Origin: Octopus bimaculoides
Lineage: Eukaryota
Assembly: GCF_001194135.2 (NCBI RefSeq)
Contig: NC_068982.1
Span: 142,898,347-142,930,620 of the forward strand
DNA: 32,274 nucleotides
Direction of reading: 5' to 3'
This document shows positions 8,871 through 20,722 of the stretch, in pieces. Below the pieces are notes generated by a model. It was not told the DNA's origin. It did no database searches and saw only the letters and a program-made list of their open reading frames with translations. Each line of letters opens with the position of its first letter. Position 1 is the stretch's first letter. The position numbers and the translations under genes are program-made.

Positions 8871-9673
8871 TATACATATTAGTACTTGATTAACTTAAAG
8901 CTTATAATAACGGGGCATATAAGCCCTCGACGGATTAACAAAGAGATGTGGTTTCGAGTCTCACGCGTACGGGAAAACATACTTAGACTATTTTCTTCAG
9001 TCATTGCACGGTGATCACTTATAATGTATGTGTATATATATATATATATNNNNNNNNNNNNNNNNNNNNNNNNNNNNNNNNNNNNNNNNNNNNNNNNNNN
9101 NNNNNNNNNNNNNNNNNNNNNNNNNNNNNNNNGGCATTTAGTTTCGTTTCTTTAACATCGGCCAATGTTCTAAATCTACCGAGAGTAAATTTATGATTCT
9201 TCTTAAAATACACATGAAAAGTAAGGTCTGTTCAAATACGTACCAGGTTTTAATTATTTTTGACACTTTCTTCTACAATTTATGTGTGGTTATTTGCATA
9301 TTTAAAAAAAAAACCGTTATAGAATTGCCATTCTTATTTATTAATCATGAGAGCTGGCCGCGACAAACAGTGTAGCATTTTTAATATGTAGAAGAGACAT
9401 TAAATTGATTTAATTCGAATAATATGTAAAACAATGATGTCAAAGTGATTGCTAAGTCTAACAGAAACAACTAAAATCAATTAGAAAACATACAGCAACA
9501 ACATTAAGAACGACATCAATATAACAGTATCTCTAATAACAATATCGAAGATATGTTCTACATGGGTATCTAAAGCAATAGAGTTAAGAAGGCCTGTTGA
9601 ACAGAACGCTGAAAAATGTAAGAGAGAGACAAAGAAAGACACAGACAGAAAGACAGAGAGATTTGAGAAATTG

Positions 9674-9810
9674 GAAAATCGAAAATTCAAGAGAAACGGA
9701 GAGAAAGAAAGAGAGAAAAATGAGAAAATCGAAAATGTAAGAGAGACGGAGAGAAAGAAAGAGAAAAAAATGAGAAAATCGAAAATGTAAGAGAGACTGA
9801 GAGAAAGAGA
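9674..9810. repeat. 50-bp purine-rich minisatellite, about 2.7 copies
   Basis: GAAAATCGAAAAT begins at 9674, 9724 and 9774. It sits in a wider GA-rich tract at 9610-9870. Confidence 0.85.
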
Positions 9811-9944
9811 GAGACATACAGACAGACAGAGGTAGAGGGAGAGAGAGATTTGAGAAATGGGAAAATTGGAAGTTTTTCTTTTACTGCCAGAAACAATTGC
9901 TCTGCAGAACAAATTACTGGTGCTTATAGGTCTACGAATACATA

Positions 9945-9977
9945 TGTGTGTGTGTGTATGTGTGAGTGAGTGAGTGA

Positions 9978-10030
<53 letters not shown>
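9945..10030. repeat. (TG)n/(TGAG)n microsatellite
   Basis: Direct reading. Confidence 0.95.
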
Positions 10031-10055
<25 letters not shown>

Positions 10056-10583
10056 ATAACTTTATATTTTTATTTTTAATTTTTATGTTTAATTTTCCTT
10101 AAATTTCACCTACTGAAGACGACAAATTCGACGTTTATGATATTCTATTTATGGAAATCTTGGTCCTTTTGTCCGAATCAATTGTATGAGTATGTGAAAT
10201 ATGAACTAAAACTTAATCCTTTTTTACATCCAATCTGATTCATTTATTTTATTTCATGAATTTTATTAAACTTTGGTTTAATAAAATATGTCTGAAATTG
10301 ATTATTTCTTTATATATATATTTGAGAATATGGGTATAGATAGGTAGGTAGACAGACAGACAAACAAACAGATAAATAGATATGTAGACTGATGTGTTCA
10401 TTCTAAAAGAAAAGATAACATGTAAATTTACCAGCTTATACAAATTAAATAGAAATTGATCTGTACTCAGATGTTTAATGTCTTAGATTAATTAATCATA
10501 GTGCCACATTATACTAGATAGGATTTGATGAAAGTCAAATTGTTCGATTGGCCTCTTTTTTCTTCTTTTTTTTCTTCTAACAG

Positions 10584-10640
10584 TCATGCCTGGTGGCGTC
10601 TGTAACAGAGAACAATTACGTCATTGAGTTTAAAGCCTAA
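10584..10640 (+). other. Candidate exon after a strong 3' splice site
   Basis: About 30-nt pyrimidine tract ending TTCTAACAG. Frames read SCLVASVTENNYVIEFKA* or HAWWRL*. No homology recognised. Confidence 0.2.
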
Positions 10641-12184
10641 CTTTAGTTCAACTAATTCAGAATAAGCTCGGTTTTTCCGGTATTGATTAACATCAGGAAA
10701 TATTCTCTCGCAAATTAATTCCGTTGATGATGTTGCGGCAGAGTTAGAGAGGACAGAACATTTTATGTACCAAATAAAAGTAATAACACAAACGTCAACA
10801 TTTGCATCAGAGCAGAATACAAAGGACCCACGAGTGCAATAACCAAAGTTATAACAAAAGATACTAAAACGATATAAACCCAAGTGTTTTCGTCTTAAAT
10901 GCCGGCGTACACACATACAGAATGATATATTATTTCTTCATTTGACATTTCTCAATCGGAAAAACTACATGTACTTGTAATTGTTATGAGAATTCTTTAA
11001 AAGTCTAATAGAAAAAATAATGGAGGTCATCGCAAACGATGCAAAGTTGAATCCACTTTAGTTTACAACCAGATGTTTATAGTATAAACTACAGAAACAT
11101 TTTAAGTTTTCATATCAGATATATATTTATAGGATTTCATTGTTACATTCTTTTGAATCGATTCATTTACACAGTACATCAGTAATAGAATATTTGTTAT
11201 AACCAGCCAACGTGTAGTGTCCCTGTTTGATCGCCAGGTATGCGGAGTATTGCTGCCAAATCTCCACCAATTCACAATTAACTATCTTACGAACAAATGG
11301 GAAAATGCGGTTTTCGTAATACAATGCTGAAGAACAGATATAATTATAGGTAGAATTAATCTGATCATATGCCCGCTCTCTTAAATTGACCTAGAGATAA
11401 GCAATAATATATTTTGTGTGAGAAATTTTTAGATAGACATATTGTTTCTATATTGGAAATTACATTCCATTGCATAACGCATAGAACAACATAAAGTATT
11501 TTCAGTTACTAGATAGCGAAAACGACATCAGAAGTTAACGAAAAAACATTTGTGCATAGAATCAATTAATTTATATTTTCGACAGTATGTTATATAATTG
11601 AATGGTTACATTGTATTTTTCTTTGTTAAATATATTTTTATTAATTATTCTGATGAGGACAGAATTCCTTGAGGCGTTCTGGGTCTCCCTAGTGTAGTTT
11701 GTTTCATATATAATTTCTTAACACTCAGAATGCTTAATATTATATTGGAAAAGTTATGAAAAAATTGAAAGTGTATAAGAAAGATAGAGGAAGCAAGATA
11801 AGAAGGAGGGTATCAGAGACAGAGAAGATAGCAGGAAATTAGAAGACAGAGCCGAGCTAAGATGCCTAAATATGGAACTCAAGAAAGTGAGGATTTGGTG
11901 GAAATATAGAATGCAAGAGATGGAAAGGGATTGCATATAAGCGGTTGCGATAGAAGGAGGGAGGTGGAGTAGGACAGGCCAAAAGGAAGAAAGAGTGTTG
12001 TTCATGTATCTAATTACCTGTACGCTTGTATCTTATGTTAGTGGTAGAGTGGGAGAGATTCACTAAATGAGTAGATGTATGTATACATTATTCAGAGTCT
12101 GTTTATTTGTACCAGTTTATTTGTTATTGATTGCATTCGATAAGATCAAGTGTCAACTACTATTAGACTAGCAGCATTGATAAA

Positions 12185-12378
12185 GACGGCGAGCTGCCGG
12201 AATCATTAGTGTATCGGAAAACAAAAGTGGTTTTGTGCTAATTATTCCGACCCTTTACTTTCTAAGTTTAAATACCGGCGAGGTCAATTTTTGTCTTTTC
12301 TCCCCTTCTATACATACAATAAAATAGGGGTCATGTCCTAGGGAAAGTTTATAAATTAACCAGTTCAGATAAAAACTG
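12185..12378 (+). mobile_element. Degraded SINE family D
   Basis: GACGGCGAGCTGCCGGAATCATTAG head and CGGCGAGGTCAA core. Confidence 0.6.
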
Positions 12379-12427
12379 CTAGTTTTCTACCAAAGACGTA
12401 AATGATTATTTCACCGCCGTTAATATT

Positions 12428-12560
12428 GGCGAGTTGACAGAATCGGTAGAGGCGTCCGAAAAAAATGTTCTGCCGATTTGTTTACATTCCGAGGGAAAAT
12501 CCTAGAGACACCAACTTTGCTTTCATCATTTTGAACAAAATAAAATAAAATACTAGTCCA
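12428..12560 (+). mobile_element. Degraded SINE family D
   Basis: GGCGAGTTGACAGAATCGGTAG head and CAACTTTGCTTTCATC core. Confidence 0.55.
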
Positions 12561-13123
12561 GTGCGGAGGCCGATGTTACCAATTATATCTCCCCATAAAA
12601 ATTAATGTCCTTGTGCCTATATATATNNNNNNNNNNNNNNNNNNNNNNNNNNNNNNNNNNNNNNNNNNNNNNNNNNNNNNNNNNNNNNNNNNNNNNNNNN
12701 NNNNNNNNNNNNNNNNNNNNNNNNNNNNNNNNNNNNNNNNNNNNNNNNNNNNNNNNNNNNNNNNNNNNNNNNNNNNNNNNNNNNNNNNNNNNNNNNNNNN
12801 ATATATATATATATATATATAGAATGGTGGTGCAACAAGGCACCAATGTTTACTGGAAACAGCAGTCGATAATTTTATGACGATATAGTAAAGTTTCACT
12901 GTATATATTCTGGCAAGGATGGATGCGGGCAGCGAACATTAAAAAAATTCATCTTACCTCTAGAAAGAACATTAGATAAATGAACAACTCAGAATTGGAG
13001 AATCTAGGACCTAGGTTTCGGACTCTTCAAATTACGCTTGCTATTGTAAATTTTATTAGTCCTCCTCAGCTAGATTCACCGAGAGAAAATTTCAAATGTT
13101 GCTATATTATTTTACTAAGACAA

Positions 13124-13240
13124 GGGAGCGAATTGGCAAAAGCTTTAGAGCGTCAAGAGAATAACTTGCGGCTCATTACCTTCTGCAATGCGACCGCACA
13201 GTAGTCAACAATGATTTTACCTTTCACGATCCTCGGACAA
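13124..13240 (+). mobile_element. Very degraded SINE family D
   Basis: GCGAATTGGCAAAAGCTTTAGAGCGTC head-like segment and TTTACCTTTCA core-like segment. Confidence 0.35.
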
Positions 13241-13414
13241 AATTTGCAATCAATATATGTATTAATATTCTCCTTAAAAATCATGGATTTTGCAAATCAT
13301 ATTTATAATATCCTCTATATGGTAAACACAAGTAAAGCATGATGTATGCGGAAACATACGTAGCAATGTATTAAATGATTTATAATTTTAGATCGAAATG
13401 TTCTTGTTATTACT

Positions 13415-13415
<1 letters not shown>

Positions 13416-13460
<45 letters not shown>
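13416..13460. repeat. (TAGA)n tetranucleotide repeat
   Basis: Direct reading. (CT)/(TA) runs follow at about 13519-13570. Confidence 0.95.
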
Positions 13461-13532
13461 GGATATACACACACAAATATACTTGCAAATGTATGTAGAT
13501 ATGCGTAGATGCATACATCTCTCTCTCTCTCT

Positions 13533-13579
<47 letters not shown>

Positions 13580-14660
13580 CAACATTTGCTGGCGTAAACT
13601 TTGGGAAAACATCTAATTACACTTTAATATAAACACATACATTATTGAGTAGGAAATGTCTTTAATATATATTAGTGTCTAGACAGAGAATGTCGTCGAA
13701 TGACTCTCAAACTCTGTCTCAATTGAGCAGAAACTAACACAAGCAACACACATACACAACACACACCTACTTACGCTCATATCCTCCCTTTCCACATACG
13801 TGCACACACATATAATCAGCATACATACGCACACATTTAATTTATCGCTACAATCACCACGTTTTCTTTTACTTCACCATTATGTAAGAACGTTTTTCGT
13901 TTTTGTTTTGTTTTTGTTTTTTTTTTGGAAATAAAATTACATTATCCCAATAATAACGCTGATGCTGACTTTTATAATGATGGTGTTGAGGAATAGGAAG
14001 GAGGAGGAGAAAGGCGAGAGGTCGAAACGAAGCGTTTGAGGAGGTGGAGAATTAAAAGAATGAACAAATCTTGTTGTTAAAATGCAACACCCATACATAA
14101 TATATGAGCACATATCTTATATGTACACACATGCGCATAAGTATCTTAGCAGTCACTTACTGTTATTCCTGTATTATATATATACATAAGTATACACATA
14201 TTCATCGAGCTATTAGTAAAAATATACACAAATATCGTTATATAAAAACGCTCTGAGATTGATTTCCATTTTGAGAAACTAAGTACGTTGCCTTGGTCTT
14301 AAGTTTTCTATTGCAGTTCCAATCACATTTAGGATACATTATAAGAATATTAAACTGAATCAAGTTAAGAGCTATTACTTTTATGTTATCGGCCCTTGGA
14401 TGATGAAACAGAAAATACAACACGTAAATTGAGGAAACTATGTAACAAGACGTGTGGTTTGATTGACATATTAGCAATTCTTTTAAATCTCTATATTTTA
14501 AGAAGCTGATATAAATGCTGGTTGGTTGAGTTTCCGAGTCACGCTCAACATCGTGAGGCGAGAGTTGGGGACATACTAGGCTTAGTGACAGGTAGTGAGT
14601 GAAAGAACACTACTTGCACTCACGAAAACACAGTGCGAGTGAATCGTAGTGTCGGAGGAT

Positions 14661-14666
14661 GTGAGT
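14661..14666 (+). other. Candidate 5' splice site GAT|GTGAGT
   Basis: Good donor consensus ending a relatively GC/CpG-rich unique stretch (about 14520-14660). Confidence 0.2.
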
Positions 14667-15024
14667 AAATGACAAATTATTATGGGGAGCGTTATACAAA
14701 TTTGTTTTACTTAATTTATTTTAAAGTAATCAATATATTTCTTTTGAAAATTGATATTTCTTACATCATTTTATATAAGTACCTAGACTTTCAACATTGG
14801 TTAAATTATCATTATTTTATGTATGCCACATTTTTTGATATTATCCATTATGGCAAAGTATACTACCAAAGAGACCAGTCATGTGACGGGAAACTTTCTA
14901 GTAAAAGTAATAACTACTTAGGTATTTAGCTTGTTTCAAGAATTGTTTCCAACTGTGCCTAATTGCTGATAGCTTAGGCGCGAAGCTTGAATAATGATTC
15001 AATTAAATTTACCAGGGAAACTTG

Positions 15025-15158
15025 ATTGGTACTGTATTTTATCGACTCTGAAAGGAAGAATTCAAGGTGACCTCGGAGGAATTTGAACTCAGAACGTAAA
15101 TACGGACGAAATGCAGCTAGGCATTTTGTCAGGCATGCTAACAATTATGTCATGTCAC

Positions 15159-15161
<3 letters not shown>
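15025..15161 (-). mobile_element. SINE family D, 5' portion
   Basis: GGTACTGTATTTTATCGAC...GACCTCGGAGGAATTTGAACTCAGAACG...GGCATGCTAAC, directly followed by (TAA)n. Confidence 0.8.

Positions 15162-15163
<2 letters not shown>

Positions 15164-15222
<59 letters not shown>
15164..15222. repeat. (TAA)n microsatellite
   Basis: Direct reading. Confidence 0.95.
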
Positions 15223-15735
15223 TGCCCTGATGCAATACCAGTCATAGGCTCTCATGGCTTCTCATCTTAACTGATTGGAAGTGTTATCACGTACATAGGT
15301 GTGTCTTGGTATAAAAGATGGGCTACAGCAAATATTATGCTTAAAACCACAGATTTGCTAGTCAGTTGCTTGACCTTAACCAGTTGAGCATGTTCCTTGG
15401 TGGCTGACGATATGTGCATCTCTGATCATGAGCAGAAGTAGTTGGGGAACATCATAGCCATGTGTTGAGAGGAATTCTTTGGGGTTTGAATAATTCACCC
15501 CTCGAAGCATGGGCCTTTTGCTCATCACCCTTAAAACAAACCTTATTCAGGGACATTTTCAGCGGGATGGGCTACTCGCTGTTTATCTTGATATTAGATC
15601 ACCATTTCGTGCACATATGGTTGTGATGCATGTTCCTGGTGTACCCTTATCGGACGGGTAGTCATGGTGGGTATATTGGGCTTCGTATATTTTACCCCAG
15701 TGTCACTTTGATCGCACGTGCTGCTTCCTCACTCA
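15223..15735. mobile_element. Unclassified ~510-bp non-coding interspersed repeat bounded by triplet tracts
   Basis: Abuts (TAA)n on the left and a short AAG-type tract on the right. Higher GC than the flanks, with no tRNA boxes or clear ORF. Resembles a recurrent octopus repeat from memory only; single copy in this window. Confidence 0.45.
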
Positions 15736-16720
15736 GTAAGAAGAAGAAAAAGAACCCTTCTTACTATAATAGTGATAGCTTTATTCAAAATCGCAACTTG
15801 GGTGGCCACTTTCCTTATCTCCTGCATATATATATATGTTATATGTTTATTATACCATACCTTGATACTGTGTGGACTAAGATCCCTGTTGACAGGCTGC
15901 TGGTATTTATAGAGTGTTAAACAGTTAAACACTTTCGGTATGCAAATAAGGGGCTCCTTAATAGAGTAAGTGCTATATTTGTTGAGTATATAAACAGTTT
16001 GGCTGCTTGTCTTTCTGGAGACTGTCCGAATGATGTAGACTCTCCTAATGAGACCCCCCCAAATCCATTAAGGTTGCTGGACTTCTTTTTTTAGTCTGCG
16101 GAGACATGGCTAAAATTTACGTGTTTATAATTATACCATATGTACGTATGTATGTATGTGTGTATGTAAATGTGGGAGGGTGTATGTATGTATGTCCCCA
16201 GTTTAGGAACTGCAATTATCAAGTTTGAATAACCTGTCGATAAACATCTTCTGAGGGAAGATTTTATTCAAAATCTTGGGTAAATGCTAAGCATACATAT
16301 ATAGAAAGGCATGGTGAAGTCCAACCTGGCGATATTTCGAATCAAAAGTTAAAGAGGGATAACAAAATACTGAAATCCTAATCCTGCCTCTGAAATCTAA
16401 TCCGGCCAGTGTTGTTGCTTGAACTAAATCGTCTTCCGATCTTCTAGTGATGCCAACAAAATATCTGTCATAGTCCAGCGCAACATCTGAGGGAGAAAAT
16501 AATACAATTGTCAATAGACGGAATGACAACAAAGAGTGTTTTATATAATAAAGAGTGACGTCGCTGCTATGACAGGATCATATTGTCATTTTGTGAATGC
16601 AAAATGTATTTGCTTTCTGCTAACGCTCGATCGGAGCCAGTCTGACAAGAGCAATAGCAACAACAGAGACCAACATACTTTTGAACTGTTTACTTTTAAA
16701 TCAAACGAAGGAATTTAGAG

Positions 16721-16835
16721 TTATATGTCATTTTCTACATCTCCTTCTCGCTCCTTACTTTCGAAAATATTTATTTTCTTCTCTGTCATCTTTTGTTTCT
16801 TCCCCATCTCTTTTTCTTTTTCCTCCATTTTCTAG
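16721..16835 (+). other. Candidate 3' splice site with 113-nt AG-free pyrimidine-rich zone
   Basis: No AG from 16721 to 16833, a CCTTAC branch-like motif near 16753, and an ending TTTTCTAG. Confidence 0.3.
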
Positions 16836-17639
16836 AAGTACAACCAAAACCAAATCCTAAAACCTGAGTGACTGAGTTTTATCAATTCTTGATTTGAAGA
16901 AATGCTTTTTTTTTTCATTTCAAAAAGATAAAGGAAACGAAGCTAAAAGAAAGTAGAATTTGTTAAGAAAAAGTTCGAAAGAAACTGACGTCTTCTTTAT
17001 GATACTTTATAAAGTGACTACTTTCTGAGAGTTTAATTAAAAACAGACGGAATCTCTTCATGTGAGATGTATTTCATGATGTCAAAATTGATACATTTAT
17101 TAAAATACTGGGGCAGAATTTTGAAACAGACTAATCAACTTGGATTTATATTCGGTCCAGTCGTGTTATTTTATTCCATTTTGTTTTACATAATTTTCAA
17201 CCATTGCCGTATTTATTATCAGATATAGACCACTTGTTTCAATTTTATGTTGATTCTAATGCAGTGTATTGAATATTATTGTGCATGTGTAGGTGTATGA
17301 GAGTGATAGACAGATAGTTAAATATTAAGAGAAGAGGAGAGAGAAGAAAGAGAAAGAAAGACTTAGGGAGAGAGAACGAGAAAGAGGGGGAGCATTTCTG
17401 TATGTTTGTGTGTAAGCAACCGCAGTGTTTTGTACGTATTTAGAGTTGGAATGCCTCTTTTCTTCTTTATTTATTTATTTATTTATTTATTTCTATTGGT
17501 GTTTTTTTATATTCATTTTGGTTTTTATGTATTTTGGTTTGTGTCTTTTTTGTTTTCTTTTTATCTCATTCTCCGAAATGGGATTGAATATTTAATGACA
17601 GAATAGCAATCAAAAATGTTATCTTCGCTGAAATTCAAA

Positions 17640-18045
17640 AAATCGCATCACCATAATAACCCTCATGATAATTACCATCGTCATCGTCATCATCATCATC
17701 AGCAGCAGCTACAACAACAGCAACAGCAACAGCATGGACATCATCTTCGTCATTAACTTAATCAACATTATCAGCAGCACCATCATTAACGTCAACTTTA
17801 TAACCGTCATCATCAACGTCATCATCATTAGTGTCGTCATCAGTATCCATATCGACTACATTATTGATTGTTGCCATCATCATCATCATCATCATCATCA
17901 TCACAATTATTCTTATCCTCATCCCCATCATCACAAGCACCATCATCATGAACGTCCTCGTCGTCATCATAGCAGTAGTAGTAGTAGTAGTAGTAGTAGT
18001 AGCAATCACCAGCCTCCGTCCTCATTAGACCCATCATCATTCTCA
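17640..18045. repeat. Decayed compound trinucleotide region (CAT/CAG/CAA/TAG)
   Basis: Low complexity. The poly-His/Gln frame is interrupted by TAA stops, and poly-Ile/His/Ser ORFs arise in other frames. Confidence 0.8.
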
Positions 18046-18051
18046 TTATAC

Positions 18052-18070
18052 ATGGCGGCGACGTCAGCAG
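18052..18070 (+). CDS. Speculative first coding segment MAATSA(G/D/E/A/V) ending at a phase-1 donor
   Basis: ATG GCG GCG ACG TCA GCA G|GTAATA: an Ala-rich, N-terminus-like start and a canonical donor. No downstream exon identified. Confidence 0.2.
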
Positions 18071-19100
18071 GTAATAATGAGTTTTAATTTTACAACAGAT
18101 TACCGGATATCCGATTTTAGTATTATCAAAGAAAACGACAAGGGCAAAAAGAAGAAATTCTTGCCTATCCCACCCCCGTACCAACTCACATATAAACCTA
18201 CACATAGATATCCCCACATACAGATGCATACATATACGATGCATATATATATATATATATANNNNNNNNNNNNNNNNNNNNNNNNNNNNNNNNNNNNNNN
18301 NNNNNNNNNNNNNNNNNNNNNNNNNNNNNNNNNNNNNNNNNNNNNNNNNNNNNNNNNNNNNNNNNNNNNNNNNNNNNNNNNNNNNNNNNNNNNNNNNNNN
18401 NNNNNNNNNNNNNNNNNNNNNNNNNNNNNNNNNNNNNNNNNNNNNNNNNNNNNNNNNNNNNNNNNNNNNNNNNNNNNNNNNNNNNNNNNNNNNNNNNNNN
18501 NNNNNNNNNNNNNNNNNNNNNNNNNNNNNNNNNNNNNNNNNNNNNNNNNNNNNNNNNNNNNNNNNNNNNNNNNNNNNNNNNNNNNNNNNNNNNNNNNNNN
18601 NNNNNNNNNNNNNNNNNNNNNNNNNNNNNNNNNNNNNNNNNNNNNNNNNNNNNNNNNNNNNNNNNNNNNNNNNNNNNNNNNNNNNNNNNNNNNNNNNNNN
18701 NNNNNNNNNNNNNNNNNNNNNNNNNNNNNNNNNNNNNNNNNNNNNNNNNNNNNNNNNNNNNNNNNNNNNNNNNNNNNNNNNNNNNNNNNNNNNNNNNNNN
18801 NNNNNNNNNNNNNNNNNNNNNNNNNNNNNNNNNNNNNNNNNNNNNNNNNNNNNNNNNNNNNNNNNNNNNNNNNNNNNNNNNNNNNNNNNNNNNNNNNNNN
18901 NNNNNNNNNNNNNNNNNNNNNNNNNNNNNNNNNNNNNNNNNNNNNNNNNNNNNNNNNNNNNNNNNNNNNNNNNNNNNNNNNNNNNNNNNNNNTATATATA
19001 TATACACCTGTCTATTTATTCCTGCATATTTGCATGTACATATGTATATTTAAATGTAAATAAGTATGTTCGTATGTAAGTATTCATGTATGAATGTATA

Positions 19101-19174
19101 CAGGAGTGGCTGTATGGTAAAAAGCATGCTTCCGAACCATATGATTCTGGGCTCAGTCCCACTGCGTGGCATCT
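19101..19174 (+). mobile_element. SINE family A head only
   Basis: CAGGAGTGGCTGTATGGTAA...GGGCTCAGTCCCACTGCGTGGCATC, then the similarity stops. Confidence 0.8.
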
Positions 19175-19625
19175 ATGTGAAGCTGACTGGCTAATCGATG
19201 CACCAGCGTCTGTTCTGGCACTGTTATTCTATATATTACTGGTGGGGAGACGAGTCACCGCTATCTCTAGCGGAAAAGTGTCCACCATTGACAAAAACCA
19301 AGGAAGGTCGTAATCGATACTTGAAGTGGCGGGTTTTGAACTCCCAACTAGCTATATAAACAAGAGTACATTTTGCTACAGATGTCAATATGAGAGCTTC
19401 TCTCGTGATATCTACTGCAGTATAGCTTGTCCTAAAATCCATTTTTAAATGGGGGTATTACCTTTCGGTATTAATACTGTTTTGGTTCCTAAAATGTGTG
19501 TTTGCGCGCGCGCGAAACCTCCGACGCATTTTTCCTCTCTCGGTTTTCTCTCTGCCTCTCACTATTTCTCTGATTCTCTCTCTCTTTCTCTCTCTTTCTC
19601 TCTCATGCCATTTATTTACTCTTAT

Positions 19626-19665
19626 TTCTTTCTGTCAAAGAGCGTAGGCTCCAAACGTCAAAGAA
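19626..19665 (+). ncRNA. Decayed minimal hammerhead motif of a second Penelope-type family, probably inactive
   Basis: UUCUUU-CUGUCAA-A-GAGC(GUAG)GCUC-CAAAC-GUC-AAAGAA. Helices I (6 bp) and II (4 bp) are perfect, with three core substitutions relative to CUGACGA/GAAAC. Confidence 0.5.
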
Positions 19666-19780
19666 TTTTCCATTCTTTCCGAACGTCAAACTAATACACT
19701 TGCTTGTTGTTCCCTGACCTGTTTTTTCCTTTGTTTACCGTACATTGGGACCATATATGTGTGTGTGTGGGGGGGGGGTG

Positions 19781-19893
19781 TACAAGGTGGTGTCAGAGAT
19801 TTCCCGGAGTAGTTATGTTTAATAAAAAATAACTTATTTACCTATGTTTTAACATCATCTCCCACGAAATAGTCACCTTGCGCAGCAATACAC
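19781..19893 (-). mobile_element. Mariner (Tc1/mariner) 3' terminal fragment
   Basis: Minus strand reads CIAAQGDYFVGDDVKT*, matching the mariner transposase C-terminal C.xxxG.YFE motif. A TIR-like end ...TCCGGGAAATCTCTGACACCACCTTG and a TA target dinucleotide follow. Confidence 0.7.
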
Positions 19894-20617
19894 AAGATAC
19901 ACGCGCGCTCTTTTGTTTGTTAGTCTGTGTGTGTATTAGTGATTGAATCTATTTATGTACGAGGAAATGATAGTCAACGTCCTCTAAAATTATTTTTTAC
20001 CTTGCAAAATGCAATATTCGTTGAAAATAGTTGGCACTGTCAGAAGTATGAACAGGAACGGTCACCTTTGGAACTATGTTTCATCTTAGTTCTGCTCATA
20101 TAGTTCTGGTCTCATATGAAACTAAGCGACATCGGTCTGATGTGGATTTGCCTACTTCATTGCACCTTCCCGGTTGGCTCAAATTCTTTACACGTGTATG
20201 ACTCTGTGCGTATGTATCTTCCAATGACATCATAAATGAAATTACTTCATGTCTTTCCGTCAGATTACATATCACGAAATTATCCAATGTATAATTCTAA
20301 AATGATTAAAAATAGTTTGTAGTGTGCCAAAGTGAAACAAGGTTCTATTTAGACTCAAGCAACTTACTAGAAATAACAGTGAACGTCCCTCTAATTATAT
20401 CCAAACTCTGAAAAATGTTGAAATACAAAAGCAGTGTCCGAAGATGATTATTTCTGGAACATCTTTTATCGTAATTCTGCTCAACTTGGTTTCGCATGAA
20501 ATTAAACAATAACAAAGAAAGCAACTTTTAATATTCTGCTTTATCTTTGAATATTTCCCGTTCAAATCGTTCTGATATAATATTCTATTAAAGCCTTTCG
20601 GACATCTACAAACACCT

Positions 20618-20631
20618 TATTATCATCATCA

Positions 20632-20698
<67 letters not shown>

Positions 20699-20722
20699 CA
20701 TTATTATTATTATTATTATTAT
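20618..20722. repeat. (ATC)n/(ATT)n microsatellite
   Basis: Direct reading. Source of the poly-Asn ORF 20562..20759. Confidence 0.95.

Noticed and set aside
10584-10916. Minus ORF with ELICERIFPDVNQY loosely resembling Helitron helicase
   Set aside because: Similarity is limited to a few residues, and no flanking helicase motifs are present.
11650-11735. CTGATGA followed by hairpins (AGGCGTTCTGGGT / ACTCAGAATGCTT) as a hammerhead
   Set aside because: No correctly placed GAAA after a closing helix II. May be a repeat relic.
16287-16486. Minus-strand candidate exon DVALDYDRYFVGITRRSEDDLVQ after a TTTTCTCCCTCAG acceptor
   Set aside because: No recognisable homology, only weak donors, and no partner exons.
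17665-18087. Poly-His/poly-Ser 140-aa ORF as a metal-binding protein
   Set aside because: Composition is explained by decayed CAT/AGT triplets, and parallel frames give poly-Ile/Met/Asp. Kept only as part of the speculative gene model.
18077-19063. Long ORFs such as 18077..19063, 29018..29671, 2247..2714, 6552..7031 and 12576..12899
   Set aside because: They run through N gaps and TA/CA microsatellites, so they are artefacts.
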